A stretch of 63,907 nt of DNA, filler included, from Diploschistes diacapsis (GCA_023645945.1; 21 parts of 21 records of this genome joined end to end with filler, not necessarily neighbours in it); one strand, 5' to 3'. Positions 21,351-34,266 are shown, counted from the first letter of the whole stretch. Notes: generated from the sequence alone by a model not told the origin. Program-made: numbers and translations.

Positions 21351-24300
21351 ATGGCTCCACGCCCGATGCAGGAACTGCAGCAATGGCAGAATTTCTTCGC
21401 CCGCTCCCTACAGCGAAACCTCGACTTGAAACCATACAACGAGGCTCTAAGAAGGCAATCCTCAAGAAGCTATCTCAAGGGGCTCAGCGTTCTCAAGGCT
21501 TGGGCCGCGATCCAAGACCGAGGTTTTGTTGTGAAGCCCAGATACATGAGGTATTTCGAGTCACTATTACATTTACATATCATTACCGATGAAGACGCCC
21601 TCTCTTTTGTTGCGATCAATTTCAAGGAGACCATTGGCACGCAGGATAAGCTTCTGATCATGTCTGGTGTTGCTAAAGGAGAATACAAGCCCACAATTGA
21701 GGCCGCGATGTTGGAGAGGCTGGCGTACCAAATGGTGAACTTTCGAGGCGCAACGGTCCCACTCGGCGACAGGATACCAAGTATCAGAATCCTCAAGCCT
21801 CTGGTCTCTCTGTTGTCCGCATTTCATCAAGCTCTAGGGGGCTCTGCTCCGTTAAATGGGCCTGCGCTCGAGATTGCTATTGAACTTGGGAAATTCGTCG
21901 CCGCATATATCAATGATTTATCTTTACTAGGCCTACTAGATTGTGAAAACGGTGGCCCTCCGCAAGGTCTGACTGGCACGGAGCTTTGCAAAGCAGAGCT
22001 TACCTGTTATAGCGTTCCGGAAGGGCTTCGGCCGTCACCTGCCTTCTTTTGCCAACCTTCTCGCCCCTACAAACTCAGAACTTTCCGAATCTCTTAGCCA
22101 ACTACAACGGGAGTCTTCTCTTTTCGAAGCCCAAATTCCGGAGCTCATCGAAGAAGGTATCGCTCACGATTTGAACGCTCTCACCTATCAAGACAGTGTC
22201 CTTGAAATTCCACTATTGACTACAAAAGCAGCGTTGTATGTGTATTTAAATGCGATGGTAAAAGAGAACCCTCGATACTCCGACCATCTCTAACGCTGCC
22301 TAGCTATGTGGAAGGCCGATCGCTGATGATGTTGCATTTTTTGCCTTCCTCCATGCTCGATATAATGTAAGCAAACACGGACGCTCGGGTGCTAGACTCA
22401 CAAATTCAGGATAACATGCCCTCTCTTGTTGCGGCGTTGTTATCCGCATCCTTCGATGTTCTTGCAAATGCGGTCAACAGAACTGAGCCACAAGGATCGA
22501 TCAACCTGTATCGCTCATTTATCACGAACAAGTTGCCGGTCTTTCTAGGGTCTTTTTCGAACCTCATATTTCCTCCGCTTACCATCGAGTCATGTCTGAC
22601 TGACGCTCTCAACCGCTTGGACCCCTCAGGCGATCCGTTCTCAACTCAAGCGTTCGATCCCTTGAGCATTACGGGCATCTTGTCAGATGCACGACAGGAA
22701 TTCCTCTTCGCATGTGCATTGCACAATCTCATTCCGGAGAGCTCGATCGAGTCGATCCTAGGAGACGTTCCGATGCAGAGTCTTCCCGAATACGGCAAAT
22801 ATTTGAAAGACGATCTGGTCAAGCAATGTACTACCAAACCGACAAGGATCAAGGAGCTAGTAGGTGAGTTAGAGAATATGGAAGGTAACTCGGCTGGAAT
22901 CGTTGCTGCCTTGGTCGAGGTACTGGAAAGCCGAAAATCCAATCATTTGTGGCTCACGTGTGCTCTCAGATAATACAAACCTTATGCGCGAATAAGGATA
23001 CCATGACCCTGAAGAATGTTTGCAATGCCTTATCCTGCAAACTATTCTCTATGGATATCATACTCCTGATCGTAGAGCCTATCATCATTTTGCAGCCTTT
23101 GTGCGCTCTGGTGGAGAATTGGCAGAACCAAGAAGACCAAAGTAAGTGCTTATGTCGATCAGATTCCTCGACGGCTTACTCACCACGTGGTAGGTGAGAG
23201 TCATCCCGTATATGAAGAGTTTGGGAGCGTTATCCTTCTTGTGCTTGCTTTTTGCCATCATTTTAACCTTCAAGAGAACGATCTGGGCATGGCTTCCCCA
23301 GAATCTTTTCTTCGCAATTATTTTCAAAACAGTCGAACTCCTCGACGCCCCAATGAAATGACAGAAGCTGAGCGCCAACGCCTGGGAGACTGGATCAAGG
23401 GACTATACGAAGTCGGTGCCATCAGCGACGAGCTTATGTCAACTTGCACTCCCAAAGACTTCTACCTCATGATCCCAACGCTATTCGATCAAAGTCTAAG
23501 AGCCTTCCAAACCGGGATAGTGGCTCTTGACACTGTCAAAAGTGGCCTACAATGTACGTTTTGATGATGCATTTCCACCGTAGACTATTGGCCAATGCTT
23601 ACCGTGCCAGTTCTTCTCGAGCCTTCCCTCTTGCCCTCTTTAGTCTCGGGTTTTGGATGGGCGGCTCGCAAGCTTTGGGAAACTAAGCCCAGCACTTCAC
23701 ATCTTGATCACCTTCTCCCATTGATCACATGCCTCATCAAGCCGACGTCATTATCTCCTGAAGCTTCGACTCTCCACGAGACTGTCTTGACCATCACAGC
23801 ATGTCCACTAGAGCGAGCTCTGGCACACGTTCAAAAGCTGCATCCTCGTCGTCGCGACATTGATCCACTTCTCAATGCACTACGGCCGCACCTGCATCAG
23901 GTTCGAAGCGGAGCCGCCAGCCATGCGGAGCTTGAAGCATGGTCTACAGCACCACATGGCGGGTTGCTTGCCTCTTTGCGCCACTCGTTTCAGGCTCTCC
24001 TCAGTTGGTCTTCAGCCTCTGTAGCCAAGCAGGAAGACTCCGGTGGCTCGACTCGACAAACGCCGTCAGGCTCAGCACCAAATTACACTCATCGGCTCGT
24101 GCTAGCCTGCGTTCGTACCTTTGGCGCATGCACAACACTTTCCGTCTTACTGAACGAGGCTACGAGGTTCATAACTATGGGGACGTACTCGGCAGAAGTG
24201 CCGTTAGATGTATTGACTGCTATTGTTTGTGCTCCATTTGCATCGTCTGCTAGGTCAACCATGTCGCTGCGACAGGCCTTGCACGTTGTGTTAGAGGACG

Positions 24301-24650
24301 CGTATGGCTATAGCACAGGCAAGAATGGTCAGGATATCAACGTTATCAAGGCTGAGCTGATTGTCCGCCTGTCACGGAGAGTGGACGCCCAGAGCCCTGC
24401 GAGACAAGACACGAAGCAAGCCGCGGAAGACATTGCTGCTCAGGTGGCCGCTGGCAATACTGCAGGCGATATTATGATGGAGCTTAACGGCGGCGCGGAG
24501 ATGGTTGACGGTACTGTCGATGGAACCATCTTAAACACCGCAGATACTGCTAACGATGTCTTAGAGGGCATGTTGAAAGGCGTTCGCAGCACCGACTTGG
24601 GCCATTATATGGACACGGACAACCCTGGAGATTTGTTCGATTTGACGTGA
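21351..24650 (+). CDS. MED5: Mediator complex subunit 5, multi-exon
   Basis: [94 protein letters not shown] introns lie between the ORF segments. Confidence 0.95.
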
Positions 24651-25544
24651 TTTTTAGGATATTTGAATAGCTGGTGTTCCGGAATATTGAAATGCTACTA
24701 TATACTGATACTGTATCAGTAAAATGTGGTTACTAAAGCTTAGCAGAAAGTCGAGGTACTCGTAGCCAAGTCCAAGATGGGGATCGGACAAGTCGCTATT
24801 GAGAAGTAAACAGCAGGGAGCCGCATGAGCGCAAAATGGATAGTTGTTGGAGATTTGAAGAGGGATATTTAGCAAGCTCTACACAGGCGAAAGCATATAT
24901 AGGCCCAGATGTATATAGGCCCAGATGTGCTAAAAGATCACATTTGATTAGCTCAGATATTCCGCTCCGTGAATGCTTAGTCATTCATCCACACGAAAAC
25001 TCGCTACAAAAAGTTTTCTGACAGCTCCCACAGCTTCTTTTTCTTCCTCAAGTTGATAACAACGTCCTCTCCAAACCCTTGAGCTAGAGACTACAAATCA
25101 ATCTCTTGTACACATTCCCGAGTGACGAAGACTTAATATCCTAGCCCTCCGCTGTTGCCTGCTTAGAAACGTTCAAAATGCTTCGCATGGGCATGGCGAG
25201 TCATATGGGGGGGCAAACATGGCTTGTTCAAGCACTTTTTCCGTTTTCGAATCTTGATGGGTCTACTATCTCTAACATATTGCATGATAGTTGATGGCAT
25301 GATATACAATACAGTATCAGAGTTTTATATATTACCTGAGTCTAGAAGAAACCCTGTGACGGGAAACTCTCTAATGTTCGTATTCTTATGGAATTCTGTT
25401 ACTACCATTGAGAATTGAAGAAAATATCCATTCGTATGAGAAACTCTTAGTTCCACATTGATGGCAACACTCAATGAGCCATCGCAGTCTGGCGCGGACC
25501 CCTGAACACATGGTTGGTAGATACCTCGAATCCTGCTTGTGGAA

Positions 25545-26908
25545 AAACTACGGGAACTTCGTCGATGCTTCTGACGTGCATCTCCTTCCTGCCGTTCATC
25601 ATCCTTCTCAACGTGGAGCTTGCAAGATAAACCATCTCCGGCCAATAGCCGCAAGGAAGTGGTGACGCCTTGACCTGCCAACACGCCTCAGTCGGTTTGG
25701 GGTGCCCAGCGGTTATAAAGAGAGGAGCCCATGCCAAGGGCCGACACGCATGTGGTCTTCCCAAAAGCTCTTGAACTTATAATTGAACAAATCTTGCTTC
25801 GGAATGAAAACTCTTGCAACCGTCTGCTATGGATACTTCTGATCGTCCCAGACCTTACCCAAGGGGACGTCAGATTTTGTCATACGTTGGCAGCTATACA
25901 CTGTTTACCTACATATTCGACTGGCTGGTTCTCGATGTTATCGAGCAGCTGGAACTGCAATAGATATCCTGCGCCGTGTTCGGCATGGAAGTTCTGCACC
26001 CACCTTTGGAGAATGTCCGAGTCATGCGTATCTGGCTTCACCGTCTCATAGAGTTTCCTTTGGGTCTCTGTGGATGTGAAAAGGCAGCACTTAGCAACAT
26101 ATCTCAAAGCGATAGACAGTCTGCGAGCACTGTCTTATAGACTCGAGATAAGTGTTGCGAACCGAATCCCGTGCTTTTTGCAGATCCGTGTCATGCCTTG
26201 CTTCCAGGTGCTTGTAAAGCTCCTTTTGGTTGCCATCATAGGTAAGTCGCAAGTCTGTTATTTTCTTTGTTGTCTTGGCATCTGCAAGATCTGGGGCAGG
26301 AGTCGAGCCAAACTCGATGTCCTGGGCAGGGCATTCTGCGCCCTCTTGGAACACTTCACCTCTCACGCGAATATCTTCATCGCGAAACCCCGCGGCCGAG
26401 GAATACGGTCCTATTGTCATGGTGAATGATGCTTCATATCACAGAAATCTCACCACACAAAATTAGTGATTTATGTCTGGACCTGGGTGCAGAGGCTTGC
26501 TGCTGTATCTGGCTATCAAGTCAAACTCTCCGCTTTCCTCGAAGAGGCTTTGTTTGAGGTACTTCGGAAGATCATCCGACACGACGAGCTTTCACTTTAC
26601 GAGCCCTTGAGTCCTCGCATGCGTTCCGGCATAGCAATGGCGAGTTTTGTTGTACATTGCTTTCTCCAGAATGTCAACCATGAGTCTGTAACCGAGTCTT
26701 GGCAAGACTAACCTGGGCCCTTTTGATTAAATCGGCAACGGCTTTGAATGTCCGTGTCCTCATTTCCAAGGACTGGTTCAATGTCCTTGCCATAAGGAAT
26801 GTACTTGCGGTTGGCAGGGTCCTGCGTGTTGGCTTCGTCGTTTGTGGTGGGCCATTCTGTCTTATTGAGAGATGATGTACAGTTGCTATGGGACCAAGTG
26901 GCTTCCAA
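25545..26908 (-). pseudogene. Pseudogene of a small catalase-like heme protein (y4iL-like / catalase-related family)
   Basis: Reconstructed RHCYAGTHARTQGLVK*KLVVSDDLPKYLKQSLF..ARYSS..DRIPRPRGFAMKIF/..QDIEF..SQTVYRF/..WDDQKYP*QTVARV..PWHGLLSL*PLGTPNRLRRVVYLASSTLRR. Has the distal His and proximal RxxxY motifs, at least three stops and several frameshifts. Confidence 0.85.
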
Positions 26909-27450
26909 TGTCTATTTTGTATCTGTTGACGAGACTTGGGCGACTACTGGAAGTGGCTGAAGCCCCCTTGAAGGGCCGGTAGCAGCCTAGAGCCAAAGGC
27001 TATATCATCTGTGACGAATGCACATCATAATGGGAACGCCATTGACAGATAACCCACAACCATTACAGGATACTAGGGGGAGGATATTCCAGCCCCTGAA
27101 GGGCCCAGACAAGATTTAATGGAGCGATATCGGTGTTACTGGGATCAATTGTGATGGGCAGATAGAAATCAGTGTGATTCAAACCGCATCTTCTCCACAT
27201 CGATGTGCTGATACGAATTGGCGTTGAGGCTGATCAAGTAACCTAGTATTATTTGGTAGATTCTTTAATTAGGTAATAAATCTTTCTCTAATGCGATGGT
27301 CTCGTATACAAGTAGTGGTGATGACTCGTCGCCTTGCATGCCGCGTGGCGTGTATGTGGTTGGCTGTTGTGGACGAATCTTTGTAGTTCGTCAAAACTTC
27401 GTAGCGTGTCAATAAAAGATTATTGGCAACTCACCTCCATTGCTCAAGAA

Positions 27451-29469
27451 ATGTCGAGCGCTGCCACTGCACAATCATTACCTCCTTCTACGTCAAGTAA
27501 GTATTAAACCTAAAGTTTAGTCCCTTCCTGCCGTATATGCCCACAGCCGCAGCTCACCCTAACGCTTCTACATAGTTGCGAAAAGCAAGAAATCCCGCAA
27601 AAAGAAGTCCGGAGTAAAGAAGGCGTCCGAGCACGATCACACCAAGGTCAATGGCTCTAAACAAGACTTAAATCATGAGGAGAAAGATGACGAAGAACAT
27701 CAGGATGAGAGCAATGTCGAAGCTGAAGGCTCGATGAATAGCATACCACAGGCGCCTCACAAGCGGAAACCTTCTAAAGCTGTCAATGGAGTCAATGCCA
27801 ATCCAGAAAATTCCACAAATCTTCGAAAATTGCCACTAGAAGACGACGAGTCGAAGCCCAACGATCTACCAACAAATGCATCCCAAGAAACCTCTCCCGC
27901 GGCAACCCATGCCACCGTGGCGCCTGAAGCCTCAAATGATGACACTGAAGCTAAGCTAGAGGCTATGGCTAGAGAAAGGTCTGCCCTCAGAGATGAGGTT
28001 GCGCAACTTCGACAGTCGTTGGAAGAGTTGCAGGGCAAGCACAACGAAGAGACTGCAAACCTGCGGCAGGAGCTTGAAGATACGCAGGGGGAGAAAGAGA
28101 ATGCGGACACTCAATATCGAAATCTGCTTGGAAGGGTCAATACAATCAAGTCTCAGCTCGGCGAGAGGCTGAAATCCGATGCTGTACGTTTACTACATGT
28201 CATGACCTTGACGGAGTACTGATAGCTCCGAATAGGAGGAGCTCGCCCAGGCTCGTAACCACATCGAAGAGCTCGAAGAAACAAACGCGGCCTTGAAGTC
28301 CGAAACTCAGGCGCGGGCGGACGAAATCAGGCAGCTAGGAGAAGAGGGAGAGGAGCGATCTAAGGAATTGTCGATCTTGCGGAATAGGCTCAATCTATCC
28401 CAGCAAAATTGGACAAAGGAGCGGGAGGACTTGATACAGCGGGAATCCTTCGCTCGGGAGGAGTTTGACTCTGCGAAACAAGCTATGCAGGACTGGGAGG
28501 TCCTTGCCATGGAAGAACGATCCATACGTGAGAGTCTTGGCGAAAAAGTAGCTGAGCTGGAAGAGCAGGTCGGCAGTCTGAGGGAAGGCAATCAGTCACT
28601 CGAGTCAGAAAGGAGTACGCAGGCAATGAACATCGATGGGCTCCGGAGGGCGCTGAAAGAGCTCCAAGAGAGTAGGCCGCCGACACCTAATAGAAGAACA
28701 ATGTTGCTTATCATGTCGCAGCGCGAAAGCAGGAGCTTCGGGAACTCGTGGAGAACTCCCAGACAATTCGTCAGGATCTCGAGAAGCAGCTGCTGGAAGC
28801 TCAACAGATGTCAGATAAAGCTACAAAGACGCTTGAGTCGACGCAGAACGAGCTTGATCGATTAAGGCCTCTAGAAGCCGAAGTGAAGGAGAAGAATCTT
28901 CTTATCGGCAAGCTACGGCACGAGGCCGTCATCCTCAATGACCATCTTACCAAGGCCTTGAAGCAGTTGAAAAAGGGAAAGCCTGAGGACACTATTGATA
29001 GGTATATTATGAAACTGCTTCTCTACCGAGACATGCCTAACGACTTCACAGAGCCCTTATGACCAATCACTTCCTTCATTTCGTCCAGCTAGACCGCTCG
29101 GATCCGAAAAAATTCCAAGTTCTTCAAATCATGGCATCTTTACTAAACTGGACAGACGGTATGCTTCCCCCAGAGATTTTCAATCGGGAACAACATGTAA
29201 CTTCCTTTCCAGAACAACGCGAACAGGCGGGCCTTGCACGCCCTGGTGCTTCAAACCCAAGCCTTCGAACGCCTATCTCGCCTTGGCACCGTACACCCAG
29301 CACACCCTCCCTATCTACCGATTTCCTCAGTCCCCAGCCAACCCCACTGACCGGTAGAGATTCGTTAGCAGGCATGTTTTCGGATTTTCTGGAGACCGAG
29401 GCAAGCAGCGGAGGCAGATCAGGAAGAGGGTCGAGGTCGACCAGCATATCGAGCACTAACAGGCGATGA
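27451..29469 (+). CDS. RUD3: Golgi matrix coiled-coil protein with GRAB domain, multi-exon
   Basis: QYRNLLGRVNTIKSQLGERLK, AKQAMQDWEVLAMEERS, EVKEKNLLIGKLRHEAVILNDHLTKAL, DPKKFQVLQIMASLLNWTD. Confidence 0.92.
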
Positions 29470-30087
29470 TTTCAATGGATGTTGCATGCGTGGACGGATT
29501 AGCGAAGCGTTCTTGAGCGATCACGGGTGTCTTAGGCACACAGTTGCATTGTAAAGATAGAGGCGCGAGGCTTTCAAAGGATGAATTCGGTCCGCAGCCT
29601 AGCTGTTGCGTAGAGCATTGGTAGTCGATAGTGACGTTGACGAAACGATATCGAGTTGGTGGTGGACTCACCTGATCTCGACCCGGTTTGTAGACTACAA
29701 GGAAACGTGTATTTATGGAGCATCCGCTCGCCTATTCAAGCAGGCCAACATGCATGAATCAGAGGTTTTCAGCTACAGCGCTCTACCCTCGACAAGCCGG
29801 AGAAAGCAAGGACATCCGGCTCGCTGCAAGGAGAGCTCAGCACTGCATCGTTATACACCAATCCGACCTACCGTTTAACTCAAGAGCACGACCACCCTCC
29901 CCATACAAACTTTATAGGGCGGGCTGGCAGTCAATTTATGTAAACGCTAAGTTTTGTATTTGCGTTTCTTCAAGTATTCCTTCCAATNNNNNNNNNNNNN
30001 NNNNNNNNNNNNNNNNNNNNNNNNNNNNNNNTTAATTAATTAANNNNNNNNNNNNNNNNNNNNNNNNNNNNNNNNNNNNNNNNNNNN

Positions 30088-30594
30088 AAATTTTTTAATT
30101 GCGGTGTCCGTGTCCGTGAATTTACGGAAATATAATGTCCGTGTTAGTATCCGTGTTTTAAATTTTTAATTATAATGTCCGTGTTAATATCCGTATCGAA
30201 AATTTTTTTATTACGGTATCCGTGTCCGTGCATTTATCGAAACATTTTTAAATATTTTTTAATTTTAATAATTCTGGAATTATCACGTTTATTCCTTACG
30301 CTTTTATTTTTTTAAAAAAATTACACCGTAATATTTCGGTAGATTCATTATAATATTTCGATAGATTCACCGTAATATTTCGGTAGATTTACTATAATGT
30401 AATATCCGTGTCAGTATTAATGTTTTAGATTTTTTAATTGCGGTATCCGTGTCCGTGAATTTACGGAAATGTAGTGTCCGTGTTAGTATCCGTGTTTTAA
30501 ATTTTTAATTGTAGTGTCCGTGTCAGTGTCCGTGTTTTGAAAATTTTTGCTGCAGTGTCCGTGTCAGTAACCGTGGCACGAAACGGCCAGCCTA
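30088..30594 (+). mobile_element. Partial MITE family A (right end)
   Basis: Ends CCGTGGCACGAAACGGCCAGCCTA. Confidence 0.9.
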
Positions 30595-31281
30595 ACTGTA
30601 ATACAATTGCTTCTAATACGTTAAATAATTTTTTTGCTCGTACGCGCGTTTTTTCCAATTTTTCTTCGTTTATTAAGTGCTTTATTCGTCGTACGAAATA
30701 TCTTGATCTTGGTTTTAAGAATTATTATTTAACGCATAATCGTCCACGTAGATAGTTTAGATAATAAAAACCTATTTTCGATTACCGGGTTACTTCGTAC
30801 GAGATTTATTTTTACGATTTAACATAATTACGATCTTTATATGACCTAATATTCCTATAAAAAAGCCGGTTTCGTCGAAATTATAAATATTCGAATCGAG
30901 AATATTATATTTATTAATCACGTTACGTATGAGGTCGAATTAATGTCGTACGATTCGTAAATCTTTAATTAATGCTTTTTGATAACGTATTTTAAATATT
31001 TTTTATTATCGTACGAAACTTTATATTTATTGTGATTCGATTAGCGGTGTATTTCGAGCTACGCGTATTAAATTGATTATATCGCGTATGTCGTTTTGTC
31101 GCAACGGAAAACTAAATTCGATTAAATTAATCGTACGTTCAAAAATCGTTCTCTTTTTTAACAAAATTAAATTTATTAAATTGATTAAGATATCGTATCT
31201 TGAAGTACGATTATCGCGTCGAGTAATAAACGTCGTATAAAGAATCTTATATATTTAAGATACGCGTTTTATATTAAGATT
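30595..31281 (-). mobile_element. RIP-degraded pogo/Fot1 transposase fragment
   Basis: Minus strand at ~30842-30900 reads LDSNIYNFDETGFFIGILG (first D of the DDE triad). Confidence 0.85.
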
Positions 31282-31877
31282 NNNNNNNNNNNNNNNNNNN
31301 NNNNNNNNNNNNNNNNNNNNNNNNNTTAATTAATTAANNNNNNNNNNNNNNNNNNNNNNNNNNNNNNNNNNNNNNNNNNNNTATATATTTTATAATTTAT
31401 ATATTCTTTACATAATTGGTACGATATCGGCATCTTAAATCTATAATATTTCTCCGTTTAAAGCGACGTTTTTAATCTCGATTAAATAATCGATCGTCTA
31501 TTACTATAACGTGTACTTATAAAGCGTTTAGATTTCTAATTTTATTTTAATTGCGTATAATTTCGTCTTTAATAAATTTCTTAAAATTTTCACGGTATAT
31601 TTCTATTAAGACGTTATTATTTTATTTAATTTTCTTAAAGTATTCCTGGAATTTCGTTATATATTTTAAAATTAATTTTTTCTAACGTACGATTTTGATA
31701 ACTCGTATAACGTATTCTTTATCGTTAAATAATATTAAAAGTCAGTCGGATTTATCTTATAAAGTTTTCGTAATTAACGAATATTCTTAAATCATTTTAT
31801 TACTTAAAAAGATACGTATATAAATACGATTCGATTTATACAAATACGCGGTCACGCATAAAACCCATAACGTAAAC

Positions 31878-32490
31878 TAGGCTGGCCATCACTGACACTG
31901 ACAGTGTTAATGTCCGTGTTTTAGATTTTTTAGCTGCGGTGTCCGTGTCCGTGGATTCACGGAAGTGCAGTATCCGTATTAATATCAATATTTAAAATTT
32001 TTTAATTATAGTGTCCGTGTCCGTGCTTTCACTATAATACAATATCCGTATCAATATTCGTACCGAAAAAATTTTTATTACGATATCCGTATCCGTGTTT
32101 TTATTATAATACAGTATCCGTATTAATATCCGTGCCGAGAAAATTTTAATTACGGTATCCGTATCCGTGTTTCTATTATAATGCAATATCCGTGTTAATG
32201 TTCGTGCCGAGAAAATTTTAATTACCGTATCCGTATCCGTGCTTTTATTATAATATAATATCCGTATTAATATCCGTGCTAAGAAAATTTTAATTATAAT
32301 ATCCGTATCCGTGCTTTTATTATAATATAATATCCGTATCAATATCCGTGCCGAGAAAATTTTAATTACGATATCCGTATTCGTAAATATATTACGATAT
32401 AATATCCGTGTCAATATCCGTACCGAAAGATATTTAACTATAATATCCTTATCCGTGAATATATTACGATAATATAGTGTCCGTGTTTAT
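31878..32490 (+). mobile_element. MITE family A variant with an expanded 69-bp internal tandem array
   Basis: Starts TAGGCTGGCCATCACTGACAC; about six consecutive 69-bp units, seen as the 23-aa period of spurious ORF 31992-32414. Confidence 0.85.
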
Positions 32491-32674
32491 AAAAAAATGG
32501 CCGAGAATATAACGATAAATATAATAAAAAGTAATATTAATATCGACATATTATAACTTATAAATATATTTAATNNNNNNNNNNNNNNNNNNNNNNNNNN
32601 NNNNNNNNNNNNNNNNNNTTAATTAATTAANNNNNNNNNNNNNNNNNNNNNNNNNNNNNNNNNNNNNNNNNNNN

Positions 32675-33867
32675 GGGTTAAAAGCGAACCTTATATCGAA
32701 ATAAAAGTTATATAAAGCAGATTTACGGGGAAGTGTTGATCAAGATAGCTTGTATTTATATAATAACGAAGGACGGATCATTCTTATATACAAGAAGAAG
32801 AATAGAAGCTATTATATAAGCAAGATTATTAAAGGAGAACATGTATATGTTGCAAAAACATACCTAATAAAAATAACTGAACCTGAATTGAACCCAAAAA
32901 TTCAGCTGAACAAAATCAATTATTAATTATAGCATGCACGTATTGCCTATATGGGACCTAAAAGGCTTTAGTATCTCCATAAAATAATAACGTTTACTAA
33001 TCCGATCCGAGTTATACCATATATCTATAAAATATACCAACTAGGCTGGCCGTCACTGACACTGACACGGCCGTGTTAGTGACACGAATACTGACAGTGT
33101 TAATGTCCGTGTTTTAGATTTTTTAGTTACGGTATCCGTGTCCGTGGATTCACGGAAATATAGTATCCGTATTAGTGTTAATATTTTAAAATTTTTAATT
33201 GCAGTGTCCGTGTCCGTGCTTTTAATATAGTGCAGTGTCCGTGTTAGTGTCCGTATCGAAAAATTTTTTATTACGGTGTCCGTGTCCGTGCATTTACCGA
33301 AACACTTTAAATTATTTTTTTAATTTTAATAATTCTGGAATTATCACGTTTATTTCTCACGCTTTTATTTTTTTAAAAAAATTTCATTACGGTGTTTCGG
33401 TGGATTCACCGCAGTGTTTCGATGGATTCACGGAAATATAGTATCCGTGTCAGTATCAATATTTTAAAATTTTTATTATAGTGTCCGTGTCCGTGCTTTT
33501 ACTGCAGTGCAGTATCCGTGTTAGTGTCCGTGTTTTAAAATTTTAGCTGTCGTGTCCGTGTCAGTGACCGTGGCACGAAACGGCCAGCCTAATACCAACT
33601 GATCAAAACCAGGTAGCAGATAAATCATATATTCGTTAAGTATAAGTATGGTTTACTAAACTTAATAAACATCGACATCTAAGGTCCATTTTTAAAGTCT
33701 ATTAAGAACAATTAATACTTTATAGAAATCGTAAATAACTACTCGCGCAAAATCTGGTCTATCCTATACAAAACCCGAAAAGAAGCCGTTCGCATTATAC
33801 AGCACTAAAAGGTGAACGTGAAGCTTTAAAATAATAAACAACTTAAAGTAATACGTCTCGACAATAC
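32675..33867 (+). mobile_element. RIP-degraded Ty1/Copia pol (pre-integrase HHCC and integrase core), interrupted by a MITE
   Basis: HARIAYMGPKRL before the insert; LLNLINIDI*GPF...YFIEIVNNYSRKIWSI after it. Confidence 0.85.
33042..33591 (+). mobile_element. Complete 550-bp non-autonomous hAT-type element (MITE family A)
   Basis: 12-bp TIRs TAGGCTGGCCGT / ACGGCCAGCCTA; perfect 8-bp TSD ATACCAAC at 33034-33041 and 33592-33599. Confidence 0.93.
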
Positions 33868-33967
33868 NNNNNNNNNNNNNNNNNNNNNNNNNNNNNNNNN
33901 NNNNNNNNNNNTTAATTAATTAANNNNNNNNNNNNNNNNNNNNNNNNNNNNNNNNNNNNNNNNNNNN

Positions 33968-34151
33968 ATACCACAAATCGGGTTACAATCCCTGCACCTT
34001 CGTATAATATAATTGAAAATAGATTTAGTTTCGTACAAATAATTTTATGTGTGGTTGCGGGGCTCAAAAGCTCGCTTAAAACTATCTAGCGCATCTACAT
34101 TATAATGAGTAACCCGCTTCGTGGTGTAACCCGTTATGTGGTGAAACACGT
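33968..34151. mobile_element. Short pogo-type MITE, left end clipped by the contig start
   Basis: ACCACAAATCGGGTTACA near the start is inversely repeated as TGTAACCCGTTATGTGGT, followed by GAAACACGT and TA. Confidence 0.65.
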
Positions 34152-34178
34152 TAATCTATTAAACTATATTATAGATTT

Positions 34179-34266
34179 GGGGGCATGGTCGAATGTTGAA
34201 GATGACTGCTGGATAATCTATTGTTATAAAGATAAAAGGTTGTGAGTTCGATTCCCATGGCTGCTA
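34179..34266 (+). other. tRNA-like relic (possible SINE head or decayed tRNA gene)
   Basis: A-box-like TGGTCGAATG and T-arm GTGAGTTCGATTCCCAT; acceptor and anticodon stems pair poorly. Confidence 0.3.

Noticed and set aside
31992..32414. 140-aa ORF with a 23-aa repeat
   Set aside because: Translation of the 69-bp MITE tandem unit; same for ORFs at 2549, 4081, 30537, 33235 and 38201.
32000..32450. CRISPR-like appearance of the periodic repeats
   Set aside because: The whole unit repeats with no unique spacers, it lies inside a TIR element, the genome is eukaryotic and there are no cas genes.
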